Assembly: GCA_963775425.1 (NCBI GenBank) | Contig: CAVZJB010000011.1 | Coordinates: 384,001 to 448,000 of the forward strand | Direction of reading: 5' to 3' | DNA length: 64,000 nucleotides | Source: an uncultured delta proteobacterium | GTDB lineage: Bacteria; Myxococcota; UBA727; VGSZ01 | In this document: positions 11,712 to 21,166 of the stretch, piece after piece | How positions within the stretch are numbered: position 1 is the first letter of the stretch | How the letters are laid out: each line of letters opens with the position of its first letter | Program-made: the position numbers and the translations under genes | Notes under the pieces: model-generated | What the model saw: only the letters and a program-made list of their open reading frames with translations | Told to the model about the DNA's origin: nothing | Databases searched by the model: none

Positions 11712-12254
11712 ATGGCGGCGCGCATCGTCCCCACCGCCGGCGTCACGCCCGACGGCTGGGTGTCGCTGGGCGTGGTCGCCCGTGCGCACGGAATCCGTGG
11801 CGCGTTGAAGTTGCACCTGTGGCACGAGCAGAGCGCGGTCCTGCGCGGCGGACTCGAGGTGCGCATCGGCGACGTCGTCAGGCGCGTCGCCACCTACGCG
11901 GCGGGCATCCTGGCCGTCGACGGCGTGCCGGATCGCACGTCCGCGGAGGCGCTCCAGGGACAGGAGGTCTTCGTGCTGCGCGCCGACTTCCCCCTCGACG
12001 AGGGCAGCGTCTACCTCGTCGACCTCGTCGGCGCCGAGGTCGTCGACACGCAGGGCAAGAAGCTCGGCACCGTCGCCGGCTTCTCCGACAACGGCGCGCA
12101 GCCGCTCCTCCTCGTCCACGGCCACGGCAAGGAGGTCATGGTGCCGTTCGTCGACGCCATCGTGGAGTCGGCGGACAAGGAGCGCGTGGTGTTGAAGCCG
12201 CCGGCGGGCATGTTCGAAGACGCCGACAATCTCGACGACGAGACGCGCGCGTGA
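11712..12254 (+). CDS. rimM: Ribosome maturation factor RimM
   Basis: GVVARAHGIRGALK, DRTSAEALQG, YLVDLVG, MVPFV; synteny. Confidence 0.92.
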   Translation: MAARIVPTAGVTPDGWVSLGVVARAHGIRGALKLHLWHEQSAVLRGGLEVRIGDVVRRVATYAAGILAVDGVPDRTSAEALQGQEVFVLRADFPLDEGSVYLVDLVGAEVVDTQGKKLGTVAGFSDNGAQPLLLVHGHGKEVMVPFVDAIVESADKERVVLKPPAGMFEDADNLDDETRA

Positions 12255-13015
12255 CACTCAAGATCACCGTCCTCACGCTCTTTCCCGAGAGCCTGAGCTC
12301 CATCCTCGAGGCGAGCATCCTCGGCCGCGCGCGCAAGGACGGCCACGTCGTCGTCGACACCGTCGACATGCGCGACTTCTCGACCAACAAGCACCGCACC
12401 GTCGACGACACCCCCTCCGGCGGCGGCGCCGGCATGATCCTGCGCGTCGACGTCGTGAAGGGCGCGCTCGATCACGTGACCGCCGCCCAGGGTGCGCGCC
12501 GCCGCACCGTCCTCGTCGACGCGCGCGGCGCCCCCTTCGACCAACGCGCCGCTCGCCGCTACGCCGCGCTCGACGAGCTGGTCATCGTGTGCGGGCGCTA
12601 CGAGGGCGTCGACGCGCGCGCCGAGGCGTACGTGGACGAGGTCGTCTCCGCCGGCGACTTCGTGCTCACGGGCGGCGAGCTCGCGGCGCTCCTGATCATC
12701 GACGCCGCCGCGCGCCTGTTGCCCGGCGTCCTCGGGAACGAGGCGTCGAGCGCGCACGAGAGCCACGGCGAGGAGGGGCTCCTCGAGCACCGGCAGTACA
12801 CGCGCCCCGTGACCTTCGACGGCCGCTCCATCCCGCCCGTGCTCATGTCGGGCAACCACAAGCTCATCGACGCGGCCCGCAGGAAGGACGCCCTCCTCGT
12901 CACGCGCCGCCGCCGGCCCGAGCTGCTCGTGCGCGCGCGGCTCACCGCCGGCGACGACGCGCTCCTCGGCGACGATGACGTCGAGGGGCTCGCGCCGGGG
13001 GAGGCGTCGGCGTGA
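12251..13015 (+). CDS. trmD: tRNA (guanine37-N1)-methyltransferase
   Basis: TLFPE, VDDTPSGGGAGM, CGRYEGVD, GDFVLTGGE, QYTRP, SGNH. Confidence 0.97.
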   Translation: MTLKITVLTLFPESLSSILEASILGRARKDGHVVVDTVDMRDFSTNKHRTVDDTPSGGGAGMILRVDVVKGALDHVTAAQGARRRTVLVDARGAPFDQRAARRYAALDELVIVCGRYEGVDARAEAYVDEVVSAGDFVLTGGELAALLIIDAAARLLPGVLGNEASSAHESHGEEGLLEHRQYTRPVTFDGRSIPPVLMSGNHKLIDAARRKDALLVTRRRRPELLVRARLTAGDDALLGDDDVEGLAPGEASA

Positions 13016-13593
13016 CCGGGCGCGTCGCGGTTGCCCTGGTGCATCACCCGTGTCTCGACAAGCACGGCGAGATCTACACCACGTCCATCACCAACCTCGA
13101 CGTGCACGACATCGCGCGCGGCGCCACCACCTACGGCGTCGACGCGTTCTACGTCGTCACCCCCGTGAGCGCCCAGCAGAAGATGGCGCGGGCCATCGCC
13201 GCGTATTGGGAAGAGGGAGCGGGCCGGAAGCGAAACCCGGATCGCACCACCGCCATGCGCATCGTGCACGTGGTGGCGTCGGTGGAGGACGCGCGCGCCG
13301 CGGAGACCGCCGCGCTCGACGGCGCCGCGCCCCTCGTGGTGGCGACGTCGGCGAAGGAGCAGGGCGCGACTCCTTGCGCGTCGTTGCGCGCGCGCCTCGA
13401 AGCGGAAGACGGGAGCGCGCCCGCGGGGGCGCTCTTTCTGTTCGGGACCGGCCACGGCCTCGCGCACTCCCTCGTCGACGGCGCGGACGTCGTGCTCGAG
13501 CCCTTGCGGGGGCGCCCCGAGAAAAACGGCGGCTACAACCACCTGAGCGTGCGCTCGGCGGTGGCCATCTTCCTCGACCGCCTCCTCGGCTGA
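13012..13593 (+). CDS. SPOUT-type RNA methyltransferase of the family found downstream of trmD
   Basis: ALVHHP, TTSITNLDVHDIAR, FGTGHGL, YNHLSVRSAVAIFLDRLLG. Confidence 0.9.
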   Translation: MTGRVAVALVHHPCLDKHGEIYTTSITNLDVHDIARGATTYGVDAFYVVTPVSAQQKMARAIAAYWEEGAGRKRNPDRTTAMRIVHVVASVEDARAAETAALDGAAPLVVATSAKEQGATPCASLRARLEAEDGSAPAGALFLFGTGHGLAHSLVDGADVVLEPLRGRPEKNGGYNHLSVRSAVAIFLDRLLG

Positions 13594-13929
13594 GGCTGAC
13601 GAAAAACAAGGCTCGTAGCAGCACTCGGCGAAGCCGCCCACAAGGTGGCTCGCCGCGCGGAGTACGTGGCGAGGCACGTCGGCGCGCAAGAACCGCTGCA
13701 GGTTGTGAGGAAACGGCGGGTCCGAGCGGTGTTGTGATCCCGCTATCAGCGCACGTGGCGGGTTCGTGCGGGTCGTGTGCGCGCCGAGGTGCCTCGATGC
13801 GACGTCGGCTGCCGAAGGCTGGACAACGTCGCCACCGCCGGAGCGGAAAGGAGCGGAGAGCTCGGCGCCCCGGCGCTCAACTCGGCGCGCGTCTTCGTCG
13901 CCGAGCTCGCAGCTCCTTTCCGCTCCGCC
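13594..13929. mobile_element. Dispersed structured non-coding element, copy 1 (IS-end remnant or MITE-like)
   Basis: Near-identical to 48930-49352. Begins GGCTGACGAAAAA immediately after a stop codon. Inverted repeats at 13670-13688/13778-13796 and 13839-13854/13912-13927. The repeat itself is certain; the mobile origin is inferred. Confidence 0.65.
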
Positions 13930-13976
13930 ATCGGGCCAGCCCTCGTCGCCACTCGCGGCGCGAGCCGGCGCGGATC

Positions 13977-15371
<1,395 letters not shown>

Positions 15372-15499
15372 GCGACGAGCTTAGCACCGTGCGAGACCTG
15401 GCCGCTCGTCGGCGTCCGCGGTGTCCGCGGTGTCGGTGCGGCCGGTCGTGAACGGCGGGGCACAGCGAGCTGCGACGAGCCAATGGACCTCGTCCGCTC

Positions 15500-16522
15500 T
15501 CAGCGGATGCGCGTCCAAGCCGACAGCGATCCCGTGGGGCCGTCGACGCCGACGTCGTAGTCCGCGCGGCGGTTCTTCTGCTCGTCGGTCTCGTCGGGCG
15601 TGTCCACCTTCAAGAGATCCTCGCCGAAGCCGCGCGCGTAGATGGCGACCTTCACGCCCTTGTTGGCGAACCAACGCGCGATGGCCTCCGCGCGCCGCTC
15701 GGAAAGCGCGTGGTTCGACGACGACGAGCCCACGGTGTCGGTGAAGCCGGAGACGAACAGCTTGATGGAAGCGCCCGTCACCTTCACCGCCGTGGAGTAG
15801 CGCTTGATGGCGGTCTCGAGCTCCGGCAAGGCCTTGTTGAGCTTGGGCTCCTCGCTCGCGCGAACGTCGGCCTTGCCGGTCTCGAACTCCACCTCCTCGT
15901 GCGGGATGGAGATGTTGTAGGGGAACGAGTCCGACGACTGCGTCGCCGTGCTCGTGTCGGTGATGACCGTGTGGATGCGCAGCACCGGTCCGTCGGCGAG
16001 AGGCGTCCACGACACCGTCAGCGGCGTCCCCGCCTTGGCGCCGCCGAAGTCCTGCGAGGTGGTGGCGATCTCTTTTCCGTCGTCGCCGTACACCGCGACG
16101 TCGATCTTCTGCGTGTCGTGCTCGCTGGTGAAGGTGATGGAGCGCTCTTCGAGCTTCACCTCCTTCACGGCGAAGCGGAAGCCGGAGAGCACCTCGGTGG
16201 CGAACGCGAGCGGCATGGAGCCCGATGTGCCGTCATCGAAGACCACCGACAGAGAGCCCTTCCACGAGGCTTTGCCCGCCCTCTTCTGCGGAAGCGTGAA
16301 CACCAGCTCGCCGCCGCGCTCCTTGGGCCCGAGCCGCTGGTGCGCGCGCCCGGCGACGCTCCGCACGTCGAGCGTGCACGACCTCAAGTCCTTCTTCACC
16401 TTCACCGTCACCGTCGGCTGCTTGCCCACGGGGACGCTCGGGCTCAGCTCGAGCTCGACGTCGTTCGCCCGCGCACCGAGAGCGACACCGAAGACGAGCG
16501 CGGCTACACACACGTTGCGCAT
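15500..16522 (-). CDS. OmpA family peptidoglycan-binding protein
   Basis: Signal peptide MRNVCVAALVFG; FETGKA, GFTDTVG, NHALSERRAEAI, GFGE, NRR. Confidence 0.88.
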   Translation of the reverse strand: MRNVCVAALVFGVALGARANDVELELSPSVPVGKQPTVTVKVKKDLRSCTLDVRSVAGRAHQRLGPKERGGELVFTLPQKRAGKASWKGSLSVVFDDGTSGSMPLAFATEVLSGFRFAVKEVKLEERSITFTSEHDTQKIDVAVYGDDGKEIATTSQDFGGAKAGTPLTVSWTPLADGPVLRIHTVITDTSTATQSSDSFPYNISIPHEEVEFETGKADVRASEEPKLNKALPELETAIKRYSTAVKVTGASIKLFVSGFTDTVGSSSSNHALSERRAEAIARWFANKGVKVAIYARGFGEDLLKVDTPDETDEQKNRRADYDVGVDGPTGSLSAWTRIR

Positions 16523-16569
16523 GGCGTCGTCATACCACGAAGGCTGCACGTCGACGACGGCGGCACGGG

Positions 16570-17901
16570 TCAGCGAATGGTCACGGCGATCTCGTAGGGG
16601 AGGGCGCCCGTGAAGCCGGAGCTGCCCTTGGCCACGGCGACGAAGAACCGTCGCGCCGCCGTGCCGTTGTTCCTCAGGGACGCGTCGCGCGGCGACGAGC
16701 CGGTGCCGTCGACGAACGCGCACGCGCCGTAGGCCGACGCGCGGCTCGCCACTTCGCCGCTCGCGTCGAGGATGGCGATGCGCGTGTTGAACGCGTCGCA
16801 GTCGGTGGCGTCGCTCGTGGGGATGACCTCGACGCGCGCGCCGCGGCCGGGGGCGACGTCGAGGCCGTACACGTCGACGTCGTCGACGCTGTCGATGGAT
16901 CCCGACATGAACACGTCGCGTCCGTCGGCGGCCGCGAGCTCGGCGGTGGCGGTGGTGCCGTTGGGCTCCACCTCGCGCCCGCGATCCTCGAGGACGGCGA
17001 GCTGCTCGTGGAAGCCGGGGATACGGTCGGTGCGATCGAACTGGGTGACGGCGACCCAATAGGTGCCTGCCGGCAGGCTCTCGGTCATCACCGCGCAGCT
17101 CCCGATCCCGTTGAACGCCGCCTCCCGCAGGAGCGCGGCGTCGGGGTTGTTCGCGTTCACGCTGTCGCTGAACAGGCCGAAGAGGCTCGCGGGCGCGCCG
17201 GTGATGCAGTCGTCGGCGCCGCCGGCGTCGAACATCTCGATGCGCACGACGGACGGCCGGGCGAGCGCCAGCCAATAGGCGTCGTCCTCGGACCAGTCGG
17301 GGCCTCCGGTGGGATCGCGGCGCAGGTCGATGCTGCCCTTGAGGCTGAATTGGGTGTCCGACAGGTGCAGCGCGTTCGGGTCGGGGAAGTCGTTGAGGTT
17401 GCGCTCGTTGACGGCGCGGTCGAGGTGGCAGGTGGAGGAGCAGCCGTCGCCGCTCACGCGGTTTCCGTCGTCGCAGGCCTCGAGCGGATCGACCGCGCCG
17501 TTGCCGCAGAGGGACGGCAGCACGGGATCCACCGCCGGCTCGCCCTCGCCCTCTCCCTCGCCTTCTCCTTCTCCCTCTCCCTCTCCCTCTCCCTCTCCTT
17601 CACCTTCACCTTCGCCCTCGCCGACGAGGAAGCCGGTGGTGTCGTCGCCTTCGCCCTCGCCTTCGCCTTCGCCGCTGTCGCGCGGGATCAGCTGCTCGCC
17701 CTCGCCCTCGCCGGCGCCTGCGTCGTTCGCGCCGGGACGCGCGGGGGAGGCGGGGCGGCAGATGCCGGCGCCGTCGTCGCACACCTCGCTGCCCGGGCAG
17801 GCCTCGCCGTGCTGGCACGGGGTGATGCCGAGGAACACCTCGCACCCGCCGCTGAGGGCGGCGGCGGCGGCGACAAGGAGGGCGAGGGAGCTCGGGCGCA
17901 T
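16570..17901 (-). CDS. Lipoprotein with (GE)n linkers, myxobacterial Cys-rich repeat and PPC-like domains
   Basis: Lipobox SGGC; CGNGAVDPLEACDDGNRVSGDGCSSTC; EVEPNGT...DDVDVY. Confidence 0.8.
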   Translation of the reverse strand: MRPSSLALLVAAAAALSGGCEVFLGITPCQHGEACPGSEVCDDGAGICRPASPARPGANDAGAGEGEGEQLIPRDSGEGEGEGEGDDTTGFLVGEGEGEGEGEGEGEGEGEGEGEGEGEGEPAVDPVLPSLCGNGAVDPLEACDDGNRVSGDGCSSTCHLDRAVNERNLNDFPDPNALHLSDTQFSLKGSIDLRRDPTGGPDWSEDDAYWLALARPSVVRIEMFDAGGADDCITGAPASLFGLFSDSVNANNPDAALLREAAFNGIGSCAVMTESLPAGTYWVAVTQFDRTDRIPGFHEQLAVLEDRGREVEPNGTTATAELAAADGRDVFMSGSIDSVDDVDVYGLDVAPGRGARVEVIPTSDATDCDAFNTRIAILDASGEVASRASAYGACAFVDGTGSSPRDASLRNNGTAARRFFVAVAKGSSGFTGALPYEIAVTIR

Positions 17902-18152
17902 CCCGATGATCTTCGGAGCCCTCGACCCGATCGTGCCTGAGCGTGTCGACCGACGCGAGCGCGCCCTACACCGTCCCCGCTGTCGTCGTCAGCGCGCCGC
18001 CGAGACGCAGGGGGGTGGCACGGCAGGGCGGGGGTCGGCGACGGACCAACGGAGATCGACCCCGTGTGCGGCAATGTGTGACCCCCCACGCACCGGCTGG
18101 CCGCGGGGAGGCCCGTGGTAGCGTGCGCGCGCATGCGCGAGGGAAGCGTTTG

Positions 18153-18635
18153 ATGTCGACGTGGTTCTTCGCCGTCGCGCTGGTCGTCGCCGTGGGAGGG
18201 GCGGCCGCGGTGGTGGCCTTCGAGAGCCCCACCCGCAGCGCCGCCGGCCTCATCACGCTGGTGGTCGGGGTGGCGGCGGCGGCGGGCGCCGCGGGCGCGC
18301 CGCTGGTGCCCGGCTTCGTCCTGTGGGTCGGCGGCGGCGGGATCGGGGTGCTCCTGCTCGGCGCGGTGCTGTTGTTGAACCTCGGCGAAGACGAGCGCGG
18401 GCGGCGGCGCTTCCGCCTGCGCGCGGGCCTCGCGCTGCCGCTGCTGGCCATCCTGTGGGCCGCGTTGGCGGCGCCGCTCGTGAGCGCGGTGCCGGACGCG
18501 GCGCCGGCGACGTTGACGTCGGGGCAGGTGGCGCAGGTCGTGTTGAACGACCTCGCGCTGCCGTTCACCGTGGGGCTCGTCGCGCTCGCAGTGGCGCTCG
18601 TCGTCGCCGTAGCCCTCGTCAGGCGGCGCACATGA
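18153..18635 (+). CDS. nuoJ: Divergent NADH-quinone oxidoreductase subunit J-like protein
   Basis: Five hydrophobic segments; SPTRSA and VGGGGIGVLLLGAVLLLNL resemble VYAGAIxVLFxFVxMLLNL; operon order. Confidence 0.65.
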   Translation: MSTWFFAVALVVAVGGAAAVVAFESPTRSAAGLITLVVGVAAAAGAAGAPLVPGFVLWVGGGGIGVLLLGAVLLLNLGEDERGRRRFRLRAGLALPLLAILWAALAAPLVSAVPDAAPATLTSGQVAQVVLNDLALPFTVGLVALAVALVVAVALVRRRT

Positions 18636-18949
18636 CGCCGCTCGAGCACATCCTCTTCACGGTCGGGGTCGGGGCGGGCGTCGCGCTCGTCGTCATCGGC
18701 TTCGGCGGGATCCTGCTGCGCCGCTCGGTGCTCGTCGTCGTGATGAGCGGCGCGGTGTCGATGCTCGGCGCGGCGCTGACGCTGGTGCTGCTCTCGGCGT
18801 CGCGCGGCGATGCCCGGGGCGTCGCCGTGTCGATGTTCATCGTCCTGCTCGCGGCGGTCTGGTCGCTGGCCGGCGCGGCGGTCGCGCTCGCCACGTATCG
18901 CCGCCGCGGCACCGAGAACCTCGACGAGCTCCGGGAGCTCCGAGGATGA
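18632..18949 (+). CDS. nuoK: Divergent NuoK-like protein
   Basis: MTPLEH...GILLRRS...YRRRGTENLDELRELRG; 105 aa, three TM segments. Confidence 0.8.
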   Translation: MTPLEHILFTVGVGAGVALVVIGFGGILLRRSVLVVVMSGAVSMLGAALTLVLLSASRGDARGVAVSMFIVLLAAVWSLAGAAVALATYRRRGTENLDELRELRG

Positions 18950-19011
18950 CGCGCGCTACGACGACGTGCCCGCGCGCGACGACGACGGCGCCGGCGACGA
19001 GGGCGACGTGA
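18946..19011 (+). CDS. Possible 21-aa translational-coupling mini-ORF
   Basis: ATG overlaps the nuoK stop (ATGA); TGA overlaps the nuoL GTG (GTGA). Confidence 0.35.
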   Translation: MTRATTTCPRATTTAPATRAT

Positions 19012-21017
19012 TCGGCTTTCACGACGACCGGCTCGCGCTCGTGTTCTACGCGCCGTTGCTCGCGGCGCTCGTGGTGTTCGCGTTCGCGCGGGCGCCGTGG
19101 CTGTGGGCGCGCATCGTCGTCGCGTTCGCCGGCCAGGCCGTCGCGCTCATCGTCGCGCTGGCGTCGGCGCAGAAGATCCTCGTGCGCGGGGGCTTCGCCC
19201 TCGTCGACATCGACGGCTGGTCCGGCGCGCGCATCGACGGCGTGGACCCGCTCGGCCTCGTGCCCGCCATGCTCACGCCCGGCACCGCCCCGCTGCTCGT
19301 CGGCGTCGCGGTCGCCGGCCTGCTCGCGTTCTGGTTGCTCGTGCCCGCGGCGCTCGAGGCGCGCTCCTCGGCCCCCCTCGCCGCGGTGCTCTCGGCCACG
19401 GCGTTCACGGCGATGCTCGTGGTCGCGCGCCGCATCGAAGGCGTGTGCGCCGCGTTCGCCCTCGCGGGCCTCGCGGGCTTCGCGCTCCTGGTCTCCTTCC
19501 GCCCGGCGCGCACCGACGTCGAGGGCGCGCTCCGCGCGTTCCTCCTGCAGCGCGCCGGCGACGCGCTCCTCCTCGGCGCCGTCTTCATCGTCGGGGCCGG
19601 CGCCGGCGGGCTCGACCTCGAGAAGCTCCCCGAGAGCGCGCCCCTCATCGACCCGTGGACGCGCGCGGCCAGCGGCCCGCTGCAGGGCTTCCCCGCGAGC
19701 GACATCTGGCTCCTCGTCGCCGGCCTCGTCGTCGCTGCGGCGGCGACGCGGCTCGCGTTCGGCCCGCTCCTGCCCCTCGTGCGCGACGCCGTCGGCGTCC
19801 CGGGCCCCGCCGTCGGCCTCGCCCACGGCGCCTGCTTCGTCGGCGCGGGCCTCATCCTGCTCGTGCGCACGACGCCCATCCTCTGGCTCGCGCCCGGCGC
19901 GCTCGCCGCCCTCGGCTGGATCGCGGCGGCGTCCACCGTCGTCGCCGGCCTCGTCGCGCTCGCCGGCCGGGACCTGGTGCGCATCGACGTGCACCTGCTG
20001 TGCGGCTTCGGCGCGCTGGCCGCGTTCGCGCTCGGCTGCGCCGACCTCGGCACCGCCGGGCTCGCGGTCACCGCGCTGCTCGTCGCAGCGGTGCCGCTCT
20101 GCGCCACCACGGGCGTCGTCGTCGACGCCACCGGCCGCGCCGACCCCCACGGGCTCGGCGGCCTCGAGAAGTCGTTGCCGCGCACGCACACCGCGCGCCT
20201 GCTCACCACCGGCGGGCTCTTCGGGGCGCTGCCGCTGTTCGCAGGCGGCGCGATCGTCGCGCAGTCTTTGGCGCGCGCGCTCTTTTCGCCGTGGCTCGGG
20301 CCGTGGGCCGGCGGGCTCGTCGTCGCCGGCGCCGCCGTCCTCGCGCTCGCGGCGTTCCGTCCGCTGCACCTGGTGTTCACCGGCTCCGGCGAACGCGAGC
20401 CGCTGTCGCGGACGGCCGTGGAGCCCCGCTTGCTGCGAACGCTGCCGCCGCTCCTCGTGGCGCTGCCGCTGCTCGGCGCAGGCTTCCTCCACATCCCCGA
20501 CGGCGTGCTCGCGATGCTGCCCGTGCGCGTCAGCTACATCTCGCCGGCGGGGTCCCTGTGGCTGCCCGAGCGGGCCGTGCTCCACCCGCTGCGCGAGCAC
20601 GTCCTCGCCGCGTGGCGGCCGCCGCACACGGGGCCCGTCACCGTCGCGCTCGTCGCCTTCGCCGCCTTGACCGCCGCGTGGCTCGTGTCGGTGGCGCTCT
20701 ACAAAAACGGCCCGCGCAAAGCCCACGGCAAGCTCTTCGGCGGCGCGCGCAGGCAGAGGGTCGTCGCCCTCCTCGCCAACCTCGCCGGCCGCGAGAGCCA
20801 GGTGGCCAAGGGGGTCGGCGAGAGCGCGGCGCGGCTGTCGCGCCTGATCGCCACCAACCTCGCCCCGGGCGTGCTCGACACGTTCCTGCGCCGCATCCCC
20901 GCGTTGCTCGGCGTGGTCGCCGGCGCCGTCGTCCGCTTCGTGGCCAACGGCAGCGCCCAGCGCGGCGTCGTCGTCGCGCTGCTCGTGCTCGCGGTGCTCC
21001 TGTGGGTGCTGCGATGA
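19008..21017 (+). CDS. nuoL: Divergent NuoL-like antiporter-type subunit
   Basis: GALRAFLLQRAGDALLL, RDAVGVPGPAVGLAHGA, LGGL, FRPLHLVFTG; many TM segments. Confidence 0.75.
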   Translation: MIGFHDDRLALVFYAPLLAALVVFAFARAPWLWARIVVAFAGQAVALIVALASAQKILVRGGFALVDIDGWSGARIDGVDPLGLVPAMLTPGTAPLLVGVAVAGLLAFWLLVPAALEARSSAPLAAVLSATAFTAMLVVARRIEGVCAAFALAGLAGFALLVSFRPARTDVEGALRAFLLQRAGDALLLGAVFIVGAGAGGLDLEKLPESAPLIDPWTRAASGPLQGFPASDIWLLVAGLVVAAAATRLAFGPLLPLVRDAVGVPGPAVGLAHGACFVGAGLILLVRTTPILWLAPGALAALGWIAAASTVVAGLVALAGRDLVRIDVHLLCGFGALAAFALGCADLGTAGLAVTALLVAAVPLCATTGVVVDATGRADPHGLGGLEKSLPRTHTARLLTTGGLFGALPLFAGGAIVAQSLARALFSPWLGPWAGGLVVAGAAVLALAAFRPLHLVFTGSGEREPLSRTAVEPRLLRTLPPLLVALPLLGAGFLHIPDGVLAMLPVRVSYISPAGSLWLPERAVLHPLREHVLAAWRPPHTGPVTVALVAFAALTAAWLVSVALYKNGPRKAHGKLFGGARRQRVVALLANLAGRESQVAKGVGESAARLSRLIATNLAPGVLDTFLRRIPALLGVVAGAVVRFVANGSAQRGVVVALLVLAVLLWVLR

Positions 21018-21166
21018 GCGGCGCCGCCCCCGGGTCCGCGACCCGCCCCGTCGACGCGCGCGCCGTGGCTCGCGCGGTATCTCCCGCCGTGCCTCCGGCC
21101 GTGTCTCCCGCCGTGCCTCCGGCCGTGTCTCCCGCCGTGCCTCCGGCCGGAGGGCCGCCCTCGTGA
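21014..21166 (+). CDS. Possible 50-aa translational-coupling mini-ORF containing a 3 x 24-bp repeat
   Basis: ATGA overlap with the nuoL stop and GTGA overlap with the nuoM start; encodes (VSPAVPPA)3. Confidence 0.4.
   Translation: MSGAAPGSATRPVDARAVARAVSPAVPPAVSPAVPPAVSPAVPPAGGPPS

Noticed and set aside
13930-13945. Second terminal inverted repeat closing the element
   Set aside because: Only a weak cagcc match, not shared with copy 2; the right boundary and any target duplication remain undefined.
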